64,000 nucleotides of DNA, taken from an uncultured Candidatus Saccharibacteria bacterium (GTDB lineage: Bacteria > Patescibacteriota > Dojkabacteria > J137). The position numbers and the translations under genes are program-made. Position 1 is the stretch's first letter, and each line of letters begins with the position of its first letter. The DNA is taken from the NCBI GenBank assembly GCA_964607415.1, contig CAZSKK010000002.1:352585-416584 (forward strand), read 5' to 3'. Of this stretch, positions 1 to 9,500 are shown piece after piece. The notes below the pieces were generated by a model. That model was not told the DNA's origin and did not search any database. It worked only from the letters and a program-made list of their open reading frames with translations.

Positions 1-1
1 C

Positions 2-268
2 GTTTTTGTTATTGTTTCAAACGACGAAAATAAAGCTGATATGATGTCAAGCGCTGCTGAAGTAAAATCCCGAGGAGCTTACGTTGTTGGAATTTGTAAA
101 GAAAAAAATGAGTTGTTTGATTATTCAATTGTGACACCAGACTTAGGGATAACTGATCCAATTATTAATGTTATTCCTTTTCAACTAATTTCCTACTTTC
201 TGGCATTAGAACTTGGTAATAGTCCAGATAAACCGAGAAACTTGGCAAAGAGCGTTACGGTCAAGTAG
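2..268 (+). CDS. glmS: Glutamine--fructose-6-phosphate aminotransferase (GlmS), C-terminal fragment; the 5' end lies outside the window
   Basis: The translation ends ...FQLISYFLALELGNSPDKPRNLAKSVTVK, matching the conserved GlmS SIS-domain C-terminus (..DQPRNLAKSVTVE). The frame is open to the window edge. Confidence 0.8.
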   Translation, partial: VFVIVSNDENKADMMSSAAEVKSRGAYVVGICKEKNELFDYSIVTPDLGITDPIINVIPFQLISYFLALELGNSPDKPRNLAKSVTVK

Positions 269-409
269 CTTTACAGGAAATAGGTTTAAGAATAGAATGG
301 AAGATAAGCGTTTAAAGGTTGAAACGTTAAAAAGTATTAACGTTGAAACTTTATAACTTTGTAACTAATCTATCACTATTCATGAATCTTAAATCTTAAT
401 TCTTAAATT

Positions 410-1096
410 ATGAAAACTGTACTAATTTCTGGAGCTAGTGAAGGACTTGGAAAGGCAATTGCAGAAGTATTGAGCACGGACCCAAATTATAAAGTAATTA
501 TTTTTTCAACTGATGGAGCGAAAATTGAGCAGACAGGCAAGGAGTTAAATTGTGATTATTATATTTGTGACGTAACTAATTACGAAAACCTTGAGATAAT
601 GGTTGGTGAAATTATTGCAAAATATCAAAAAATTGATGTGGCTGTAAATAATGCAGGGGTTTGGATTGAAGGAAAACTTGAAATGAACAGTCCGGAAAAA
701 ATTAAATCTGTGATTAATGTAAATACTCTTGGAGTTATTTATTTAACAAAAATAGTCTTACCTCTGATGAAAAAGAATTCTAGCGGACAGATTATTAATA
801 TAATTTCTCAAGCTGGTCTGCATTCAAAGGCAGAAAGATCTGTGTATAGCGCTTCAAAGTGGGCAATCTCAGGATTTACAAAATCATTACAAGATGAGTT
901 GATAGGTACTGGTGTTAGAGTTTCAGGAGTTTATCCAAGTCTTATCAATACTGGACTTTTTCAAAAAACAGGAACTACGAAAGATATGGCCAATGCACTT
1001 GAACCGGCAGATGTTGCAAAATCTATAAAATTTATAATAGAGCAACCGGAAAATACTTACATTCCAGATTTGGGAATTAAAAATACTTCATACTAA
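410..1096 (+). CDS. Short-chain dehydrogenase/reductase (SDR) family oxidoreductase
   Basis: N-terminal Rossmann motif ISGASEGLGKA, an NNAGV motif and a YSASK catalytic Tyr-x3-Lys; the 228-aa length is typical of classical SDRs. Confidence 0.8.
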   Translation: MKTVLISGASEGLGKAIAEVLSTDPNYKVIIFSTDGAKIEQTGKELNCDYYICDVTNYENLEIMVGEIIAKYQKIDVAVNNAGVWIEGKLEMNSPEKIKSVINVNTLGVIYLTKIVLPLMKKNSSGQIINIISQAGLHSKAERSVYSASKWAISGFTKSLQDELIGTGVRVSGVYPSLINTGLFQKTGTTKDMANALEPADVAKSIKFIIEQPENTYIPDLGIKNTSY

Positions 1097-1099
1097 AAA

Positions 1100-1777
1100 A
1101 TGACAGATAGACTTGAAATTGCCAAAAGTCATACTCATAAAAAACTAATTGCCCAAAGAAGAAGGAGTAAATTTAAAGACTCTCTCGAGCGATATTTTAC
1201 GCAGCATAATATAATTACAATTTTGAGCATTTTTTTTACATTGCTGTTGTTTTCGCCGCTTGCTGTGTTTATTATTGTTAATAAAGTTAACTACTCAAAC
1301 TTTACCTACAATAGCATTGACGAAGTAAAATCTAGTGAAGATACAATTCTGATTTTCGCAACAGATTTTGACAGAAATATTGATTCTTTTCCTTCAGATA
1401 TAATAATAAAGAATCTATCACAGGTCTTAAAAAAGACCGAGTCAAACAATATAGTTGTTATCGTTCAAAATACTAGTGATTCACAAAGCATATTGACTCT
1501 TTTAAGTAAATACAAAATCCCTTCTGAAGAAATTAAGTTTAAAAAATTCAGTTCAGTTGTAGAAGCATGCAAAGACCTAAAAAAAGATCCAACCATAGAT
1601 TCTATGCTTTTTCTTTCAACAATAAATATTTCAGACAGGGTATTTTACGCATGTAAGAATCAAGGAATATTAGTTTATGCATTTTTGCCTAAAAGTTCCG
1701 ATACATATGTTGGAAATATCTTAGATAGAATTTCTAGAACATATTTTGATTTTTTAGAGTTGAATGTTGGAATTTAG
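1100..1777 (+). CDS. Hypothetical membrane-anchored protein
   Basis: A basic N-terminus is followed by one hydrophobic helix (ITILSIFFTLLLFSPLAVFIIV). No motifs recognised. Confidence 0.4.
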   Translation: MTDRLEIAKSHTHKKLIAQRRRSKFKDSLERYFTQHNIITILSIFFTLLLFSPLAVFIIVNKVNYSNFTYNSIDEVKSSEDTILIFATDFDRNIDSFPSDIIIKNLSQVLKKTESNNIVVIVQNTSDSQSILTLLSKYKIPSEEIKFKKFSSVVEACKDLKKDPTIDSMLFLSTINISDRVFYACKNQGILVYAFLPKSSDTYVGNILDRISRTYFDFLELNVGI

Positions 1778-1804
1778 CGCTCAGATCCGATAGAATGAGG
1801 TAAC

Positions 1805-1873
1805 AACCCCTCCGGCCTAAAGGCCACCTCCCCTTTAATCAAAGGGGAGGTCCGAAGGGGAGGGGTTTTTTAT
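1805..1873 (+). terminator. GC-rich nested-palindrome element plus T-run. A rho-independent terminator after the 1100..1777 gene, and copy 1 of a repeat family
   Basis: Outer IR aacccctcc/ggaggggtt encloses hairpins ggcctaaaggcc and cctcccctttaatcaaaggggagg, followed by ttttttatt. Confidence 0.6.
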
Positions 1874-1889
1874 TCTTTAACTTAAAGCC

Positions 1890-3032
1890 ATGACTTTCAG
1901 ATCAAAAGTACTTCTGCTTCTAATTATTCTAGGTGTTTTGGGTGCTTTTTTACTTGCATTTGTTCTTCTTTCAACAATTCCAAAAAATAATGATTCAAAC
2001 GGCGATCAAACAATTGGTGAAGAGGATACGGACACACCTGTTTCGAATCCAGTTAGTTTTCCTGTTGGTAATGAAAACAACAAAGAAAGTTTTAAGTATG
2101 CTTTTGTAAATTCAAAGGGAAGCATTGCACTTTTAGACTCATCAGCAGAAGAGATAACAATAAACATCGAAGATAAACAGTGGAAAGATATTTCGTGGAA
2201 TCCTACGGGAGATTTGATATCGGTACTAGGGCAAACTTCGGAAAATACCTATAACTTATTCATATATAGTTTAAGTTCCAAAGAATGGGGCCAAATAACA
2301 AACTTTACTAAAGAACAACTGGGGGTTGATGGATATGTTTGGAAGGACGAATCAACTATAGTTTTTATGCAAGGTGTTGTTCCTGAAAGATGGTTACACA
2401 GTGTAGATGCAAAAAATAAAGGTCAAATTGTTAAATTAAATAAAGTAGATGGCGATCTTATCCGAGATAATTCAAATTCCACAAGACTTGTTTTCAAAAA
2501 AAACTTTACGAACTTAATAAGTGTTTATTTTATTACAACAATTAACGGAGAATTTATCTATAGATTTGATCAGATAGCGAATCAGGATTCTAAACTTATA
2601 AATGTGCAAGATGCTTTATTTAGTGGAGATGGCGAAAAGCTATTGCTAAAAGCTTCGATTGGTTCGGATGTTAATTTGTATAAAGCATTTTTTGGTAGTA
2701 GAGAAGCATTTGTTTTGCAGCAAGAACAAAAAGATATCAATTTATTGTGTAATGTTACAGGTGATATTTATCTGGGGTATAAGCTCTCAAAACTTAAATT
2801 TGAACTTTTTGGAATTAATGCCTCAAAAGACACTGTTACTCAAACATCAGTATTAAATATCACTGAAAATGATAAAATTACGCATGTAAGTTGTTTCGAT
2901 AGCAACAATGTACTTTTAAAGCTTGAAAGTAAAGATTCTGCAAAATGGTTTGCTTTAGATGATAACAGGCAGTTCATTGAGTTTGAATCTTTAAAGGAAA
3001 ACAAAGAAGTAGCAGTGAATCCAGGTAGATAG
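1890..3032 (+). CDS. Hypothetical secreted/membrane-anchored protein
   Basis: N-terminal TM/signal anchor (VLLLLIILGVLGAFLLAFVLLST) and a Ser/Asn/Thr-rich extracytoplasmic body. No catalytic motifs. Confidence 0.45.
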   Translation: MTFRSKVLLLLIILGVLGAFLLAFVLLSTIPKNNDSNGDQTIGEEDTDTPVSNPVSFPVGNENNKESFKYAFVNSKGSIALLDSSAEEITINIEDKQWKDISWNPTGDLISVLGQTSENTYNLFIYSLSSKEWGQITNFTKEQLGVDGYVWKDESTIVFMQGVVPERWLHSVDAKNKGQIVKLNKVDGDLIRDNSNSTRLVFKKNFTNLISVYFITTINGEFIYRFDQIANQDSKLINVQDALFSGDGEKLLLKASIGSDVNLYKAFFGSREAFVLQQEQKDINLLCNVTGDIYLGYKLSKLKFELFGINASKDTVTQTSVLNITENDKITHVSCFDSNNVLLKLESKDSAKWFALDDNRQFIEFESLKENKEVAVNPGR

Positions 3033-3172
3033 ATTCAAGAATTAAGATAAGTTAATTGGTTGATGGGTTTTCAGTTAATTAGTAATTTAGTTTTTGACTA
3101 ATTGACAAATTCGAGAACCTGAAAACACGAAAACATATGATTCCAAAACTTATTACACATTACTCATAACAC

Positions 3173-3538
3173 ATGATCAAATCAAGCGAAGAAATGCTAA
3201 ATACAACAAACCAGATTCTATCTGAAGAAGGAGTTGATTCTAAAGATATGAATAATCCCAACGAAGCTTTAAAGAGCTTCATTTTACCAGGACTTAATAG
3301 CTCAAAAGACACGCTGTCCTCAATTTATTACAAATCGAGAATCAGAGGAGGGTTTGTAGGAAAGTTAAAAACAAAAATTCAAAGTATAATTATAAATACG
3401 GTGATTAATGTTGTTGAAAGACAAAGTATGAAACAGCAAAAGTTTAATGGGCTTGTTTATAAGGCAGTTGAGACGCTTGAAAAAGAGAATAAAGAATTAA
3501 GAATGATGATTGAAGAATTGAGGAGCACGAAAGGTTAA
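3173..3538 (+). CDS. Hypothetical small protein with a C-terminal coiled coil
   Basis: 121-aa ORF with C-terminal heptad-like KENKELRMMIEELRS. It is flanked by inverted repeats (aagttaattggt at about 3050 and accaattaactt at about 3575). Confidence 0.35.
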   Translation: MIKSSEEMLNTTNQILSEEGVDSKDMNNPNEALKSFILPGLNSSKDTLSSIYYKSRIRGGFVGKLKTKIQSIIINTVINVVERQSMKQQKFNGLVYKAVETLEKENKELRMMIEELRSTKG

Positions 3539-3638
3539 TTCGTTAATAGGTATGCAGTTGATTAGTGTGCACCAATTAACTTATTTACTAGTTAACTAAT
3601 TAACGATTTATCACAATTATAAACTTCAGACTAAAATA

Positions 3639-5951
3639 ATGAAATCTCAAACCTCAAACAATCGTCCAACTTCAAACTTAGAACGCTTGCCCGCCAAAGT
3701 TCTAACGAAGGCAGATCGAACGATTAAGATCGTTGGTCCGTATTTCACAAACTACAGCCTGGCTAAAGTAAATAGAGGAATTGCTTTAGGGATTAATTCA
3801 CTCCAATCAAAATATAAAACATTTCTTTACTGTTCTGCTGATAGAGTTGATTACATGCCCACTAAAGATGAAGTTGAAACTAAAAAGACTGAGATTAAAG
3901 ACATTGTTTTATTTGAAGATGAAAAAACAGATTTTGCAATATACAATAATTTCCCAAAATCTTTATCTGAAAGCCATGGCCTTAAAGACTTAAATGCCAA
4001 TTCTGTGGCTGCTTATGTTGCATGGGAAGAGTCGATTTATCCTGAAAATTGGGTTAATGAAATAAATGAAAATGCACATTTTGTATTAACAATCAGTAAA
4101 TTTGTTAAAGATATTTTAAAAAAATCAGGTGTAAAATTGCCAATTTTTGCTGCTAATATTGCGCTTGATGACATTCAGCTAAAAAAAACTGATAAAGTTT
4201 ATAATTTAAATACAAATAAAAAAGTTAAGTTTTTGCATATAAGTACAGCAAAGAAAAGAAAAGGAGTTGATGTTTTAATAAAAGCTTACTTTGAAGAATT
4301 TGCAAACACTGATGACGTTGTTTTAATCTTAAAAACTTCCCCAGGGCCAGATAATAACGTAAATGAGCTAATTGAACAATTTAAAAAAGAAAATTCTCCA
4401 GAAGTTTTAATAATTAATAACTCAAACCTTACGGAAGAGGAAATGTCCAGCCTTCACAACACTTGCGATTTAGAAATTTACCCATCAAGAGCTGAAGGTT
4501 TTGGCTTACCAATTTTGGAAGCTATGTATCACGGAAAACCTGTTATTGTTACAAACTATAGTGGCCAAACTGATTTTATAAATTCGGATAATGCAATTCT
4601 GCTAGATTATGAAATGGAGTATGCAAAGGATTCTGAACTTGGAATAATTGGATCGCGCTGGGCTGAGCCGGATGTGGAGGAGCTAATGCGATTGATGAGA
4701 GATGCATATAACGGCATAGGTCATACGCCATATGCTCAAGCATTAAGTACTATCGCTTCAAATGCCCAATCAACTGCACAATATTTCACCTGGGAAAATT
4801 CTGCCAAACGAGTTATTTCAATTTTGGATAAAACTGGCAATATCAATCCTCTAAAAAGCAAATCGATTGCTATGATAACTCCAATAAATACTCAGGATGG
4901 AATTGCTGTTTATACAAAAAATCTTTGCGAAAGAATGGAATCAAATTTCAAAAAGTTTTATTACCTTGCAAATAAGGATATAGCCGATAAAGTTTTTACT
5001 GATAACGAAAATGTAGAAAGAACCTGGGAAATGGGAGAAACCACTTTTTCAGAAACTTTAGACTTTATAAAAGAAAACAATATCGATATTGTGCATATTC
5101 AATACCATTCGTCATCATATTATGCTCCTGAAAATTTAAGCGAACTTATTAAAAAGCTAACAGATTTAAATAAAGAAGTTTTTGTAACTTTACATTCAGT
5201 AATTGGCCAAGGTTTTGACCATATTAAGGCAATAAAGAATTTGCGAATGTGCAAATGTGTGATTATCCATAACAGAAAAGATTATGAGTACGCAAAAGAA
5301 AATCTTGAAAATGTAATTTTAAGTCCTTTGGGTATTATTGAGTTTTCAAATAGAGATGGAAAGAAGCTAAAACAGAAGTTCGGGATGGAAAATTTTAAAC
5401 CTATAATTGCAACACATGGCCTTATAAATAAAAACAAAGGCATTCCAAATGTAATTGAAGCAATATCAATCTTAAAAAAAGATTATCCTGATATTTTGTT
5501 CTTAAGTATAAATGCACTTTCAAGTAATAATGCTTTTGCAACAAGTATATTTGAAGAATGTAAGCAAAAGGTTAAAGATTTAGGCTTGGAAGACAATGTA
5601 ATTTTCATTCCAGAATTTATTTCTAACGAGCAGCTGGAAATTCTTGTTCAATTAAGTGACTTTAATGTCCTTGCATATGAAGATGCAGGTGAATCTGCAA
5701 GCGATGCCGTAAGAAAGTTTTTAGCAAGTAAAAAACCAACTGTTGTTACAGATATTCCAATGTTTAATGAGTTTAGTAATGAAGTACTTAAAATTGCAAA
5801 CAATCTGCCTGATACAATTGCAGAGGGTTTAAAAAAAGTTATTGAAAATACTAATCTTCAAAAGTCTTTACTCCAAAATGCTAAGGAATATATTGATAAA
5901 CATAACTTTGATAGCAAGGCACTGGAGCATTTGGGTTGGTATGTCAAATGA
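3639..5951 (+). CDS. Glycosyltransferase with two tandem GT4 (GT-B fold) modules
   Basis: First module carries EGFGLPILEAMYHGKPVIVT (the GT4 E-x7-E region). A second GT4-like C-terminal half runs ATHGLINKNKG...LAYEDAGESASDAVRKFLASKKPTVVT. Confidence 0.75.
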   Translation: MKSQTSNNRPTSNLERLPAKVLTKADRTIKIVGPYFTNYSLAKVNRGIALGINSLQSKYKTFLYCSADRVDYMPTKDEVETKKTEIKDIVLFEDEKTDFAIYNNFPKSLSESHGLKDLNANSVAAYVAWEESIYPENWVNEINENAHFVLTISKFVKDILKKSGVKLPIFAANIALDDIQLKKTDKVYNLNTNKKVKFLHISTAKKRKGVDVLIKAYFEEFANTDDVVLILKTSPGPDNNVNELIEQFKKENSPEVLIINNSNLTEEEMSSLHNTCDLEIYPSRAEGFGLPILEAMYHGKPVIVTNYSGQTDFINSDNAILLDYEMEYAKDSELGIIGSRWAEPDVEELMRLMRDAYNGIGHTPYAQALSTIASNAQSTAQYFTWENSAKRVISILDKTGNINPLKSKSIAMITPINTQDGIAVYTKNLCERMESNFKKFYYLANKDIADKVFTDNENVERTWEMGETTFSETLDFIKENNIDIVHIQYHSSSYYAPENLSELIKKLTDLNKEVFVTLHSVIGQGFDHIKAIKNLRMCKCVIIHNRKDYEYAKENLENVILSPLGIIEFSNRDGKKLKQKFGMENFKPIIATHGLINKNKGIPNVIEAISILKKDYPDILFLSINALSSNNAFATSIFEECKQKVKDLGLEDNVIFIPEFISNEQLEILVQLSDFNVLAYEDAGESASDAVRKFLASKKPTVVTDIPMFNEFSNEVLKIANNLPDTIAEGLKKVIENTNLQKSLLQNAKEYIDKHNFDSKALEHLGWYVK

Positions 5952-5990
5952 GTTTGAAGGGTTACGGGTTTGCGAGTTATCCTGTTAGTA

Positions 5991-6350
5991 TTATGAAGCC
6001 GAACTTCTAAGATACGAAATTAGTTTGCCAATTCTATTAGAAAGTTGTTCAACTTCAGCGATTAATTCAGGATTATCAATGTATTTGAGTTCTTTTGCTA
6101 AAATTATTTGAGAGTGCACCTCAGCTAAAGATCCTTTTGATATCTTTAAGAACCGAATAAATTCTTTATTATTATTTCTGTCAAAGCCTTCAGCAATATT
6201 CGAGCTCACGGAAACTACTGCCCTTCGTATTTGATCTTTAAAGGCATAATCTTTTGCAAACGTACCTTCGTTTGTTAGGCCGTAAATATCTGTTGCTAAT
6301 TTGATCGATAATTTCCAAACCTCAATATCTCGAAAACTTTTAAAAGTCAT
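5991..6350 (-). CDS. Four-helix-bundle protein (TIGR02436 family, formerly '23S rRNA intervening-sequence protein')
   Basis: 119 aa. Core RRAVVSVSSNIAEGFDRNNNKEFIRFLKISKGSLAEV matches the family signature (SI.SNIAEG ... F..FL.IA.GS..E). Confidence 0.7.
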   Translation of the reverse strand: MTFKSFRDIEVWKLSIKLATDIYGLTNEGTFAKDYAFKDQIRRAVVSVSSNIAEGFDRNNNKEFIRFLKISKGSLAEVHSQIILAKELKYIDNPELIAEVEQLSNRIGKLISYLRSSAS

Positions 6351-6540
6351 AGAAGTTCATTTTAAATCTAATAAAATGCGATTAACTCGCTAACTCGCAA
6401 CACTTTAACACCCTAACATAAAAATCTCATTGTACTGCAATACAAATTTTCACAAAACATTTAAACATGCTAGTAGAGTAAGGCACGTTTGCCAAAATCT
6501 CCATTTTACTGTTTAATAGTATATACATCCTAAAAACCGT

Positions 6541-9500
6541 ATGAAAAAAATAACTATTTTTTTTGCAGTTGTAATAGCACTTGGAGTATATTTTTTTGTC
6601 GAGCAAAATTATTTGAAAATTTTTGTTCATGCACAAGAGCCAACTTCTTTTCCTCAAACGCCACTAAGCTTTCCAAAAGCACTTGATTTGCAAAGAATTT
6701 ACAAATATTCGGAGCCTGTTTATGGATTTTATCTTGAAGGGGATATTGTCGGAGAGCTAGATAAAATTTCAGCTGAAATTAAGCTTTTAAATGGGCAGGT
6801 TAAACTTATCTCTAATTTCAAGCTTTCTGATCTTGATATAGATTCAAGGCTTACAGCAAATACTTTTTACGCTACAACACAACTTTCAACTTTTCCAGAA
6901 AAGATTACTGAGATCAATCTGATTTACGGTGGGGATGAAGACATTCAAGTAAAAACAGTAGATAGTGATATAGGGAATAATTTTATTGAAACTTCAGCAT
7001 TATCGGAACGTGCTTTAAGGCAAAAAACTTTCTTTCAAAATATGGGTTTAAATTTAATTACTCGAGAAGAATGGGGAGGGCCTGAAACAACAAATTGGTA
7101 TCCACAATATCAAAGTATTATAAATCAAATTGTAGTTCACCATACTGCAACAAGTGTAGATAATAATGATCCTGCAAATGCAGTAAGAGCAATATATAAC
7201 TACCATTTTTATAGATGTAATGACAATAATGGCAGCTGGAATCCATCAGATCCAAATGCAAGGGAAAATTGTAATGAATTGGCAGAGGTTTGGGAGGATA
7301 TAGGTTATAACTACGTAATTGATCAGTATGGAAATATTTATGAAGGCAGATGGGGAGGAAATGGTGTAATGGGTGCACACTCTTGGCCAAATAATAACAC
7401 TATTGGAATTGCTATAATTGGTGATTATACAAATTCAATGCCTTCAAACGCTACGCTTGAATCTTTAAGTAACTTGGTAGGAAAGCTAGCTAAATTGAAT
7501 AATTTAAATATTGAACCGGGAACAAGTTTGGTAGGTCATAGACACAGGAATTACGATACAATTTGCCCAGGAGATCCGATGTTAAATTATCTTTCAACAC
7601 TTGCGCAAAAATCAAACCAATATAAAGATTCATTCACAATATTGAATAACTCAATCCAGAAAGTTAATGATTTACTGGTTAATAGATCAAGCGATTTTAT
7701 AAATCCAAGAGATGGTTATGTGCAGGTGTTAATTAGAGATAATACTCTGGACAGTTCAACAAGAACATTCCTACTAAGTAATACACCAACTATTGAGAAT
7801 GTTTCATCTTCTAGAGGAAAAACGGTGTTTAGTATCAGTGAAAATTTTTTACGTAAATTTATTTCTGAGACATTATTATTCTCACCTAATGCTGTAGTCC
7901 AGCCTAACTTTATTTACAAAACTTCTAGTTGGGATAATACGAGTCCAACCAGAGCTGTCCCTTCTGATTTCAATACTTCCACTCATTGGTACTTGGAAAA
8001 AACAAGAACACCAGAGGCTTGGAAAGAGCTTGGAGGTTGTGTATCAAATGCTCTTTGTGGAGGAGATCCAAGTGTAGTTGTTGCAGTTTTAGATACAGGA
8101 ATTGCATATGAGAATTTTAACTATGATGCTGGAGGTTCGTACATCTTAGGAGAATTTAATGGACTTAATATTGAAGTCCCTACAACTGGCACAAATGCTA
8201 CATATAATGAGGGCTATGACAGACAGTACCAGCAGGTTCCTGAATTATCAAACACAAATTTCACAGTAGCTTCGTATGATGCAAGTCAGGACTTTTTATG
8301 TATGATGCGTGAAGGTAGTGCTAACCCATGTAATGCTCAAGAAATTGCAAAGATTGATCATGCAAACGACGATCAAGGGCACGGAACCTTTGTTGCAGGA
8401 GTAATTGCTGCAAATACAAGTGATAGCGCACCAAACCAAGTTGTGGGAATTGCACATAATGTAACAATAATGCCTGTTAAAGTATTTTTTCCAAACGATT
8501 CATCAATGTGTTATGACGGACTTGGAAATAACGATCCCTCATGTTTACCTCAAAATGCTCCATTCAGTTTAAGGTCAGTTGGTAGTACAGTAATGATTGC
8601 TTGGGGAATTGATTACGCTGTATCAAATGGAGCAGATGTGATTAATATGAGCTTAAGTGGAAGTGGATCAGATCCGTTGGTTCAAGATTCAATTGATGCT
8701 GCAGTTGCACAAGGAGTGGTAGTTGTGGTTGCAGCTGGAAATAATAATGCAAATGTAGCAAATTATTTTCCAGGAAATATGAATAATGTGATAACGGTTG
8801 GAGCTGTAAATGCTGATAATACAAGATCAAACTATTCTAATTTTGGATCACAATTAGATTTAGTAGCACCTGTTGGGCAATCAAGCCCTGGAGTTGTGGG
8901 ACAGTCATATTCATGTTCAGTTACAGATACTTGTTTTGATGAAACAAATCCAAATTTATTTACTGCATTTGGATCAAGCTCATCGCCGGCTCAAAGGTTT
9001 GGAACAAGCTTTGCAACACCTCAGGTGAGCGCAGCAGCGGCGCTTTTAAAAAGTAAAAAAACTTCAGCCAGTGCCTCTGAGGTAGAAAGTTTATTAAAGC
9101 AAACAGCAGAAGATGTCGGACCAGTTGGGTTTGATAATGAGACTGGAAATGGAATATTAAATGTTGACTTTGCTTTAAAATCTTTATGGAATCCTTGGGT
9201 AAGCTCAGAACAGCAAACTTTGATGGATGTTGCTATGGAGGAATATAATGGAAGATTATATCAGGCAGTACGAGGAGTAGATAGTAGGATTTATATTAGA
9301 TCGACAGATGGAAATATTTGGACTAACTGGCAAGAATTTGGTGGAAGCACTCCTGGAAATATTTCGATGATAACTTACGACGGGTTACTTTTCCAATCTG
9401 TACGTGGCGAGTCTTCAAGAATCTTTACAAGAACATTTAACGGATCAAGCTGGTCAGCATGGCAAGAATTGGGAGGATTGACTCCAGGTGATATTGAAAT

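Noticed and set aside
2659-2856. Nested 65-aa ORF inside the 1890..3032 gene, same strand, different frame
   Set aside because: Fully embedded, no motifs, hydrophobic junk-like translation. Most likely a chance ORF.
7118-7390. Antisense ORFs inside long genes (7118..7390, 8642..8830, 10350..10532, 12063..12293, 15405..15764, 19138..19536, 24399..24765, 30640..30903, 36086..36427, 55792..56283, 57208..57723, 60717..61031 and others in the ORF track)
   Set aside because: Each lies wholly within a longer opposite-strand or same-region ORF that has clear domain motifs. The translations are low-complexity, Leu/Ser/His-rich, typical of antisense frames in AT-rich DNA. No independent motifs.
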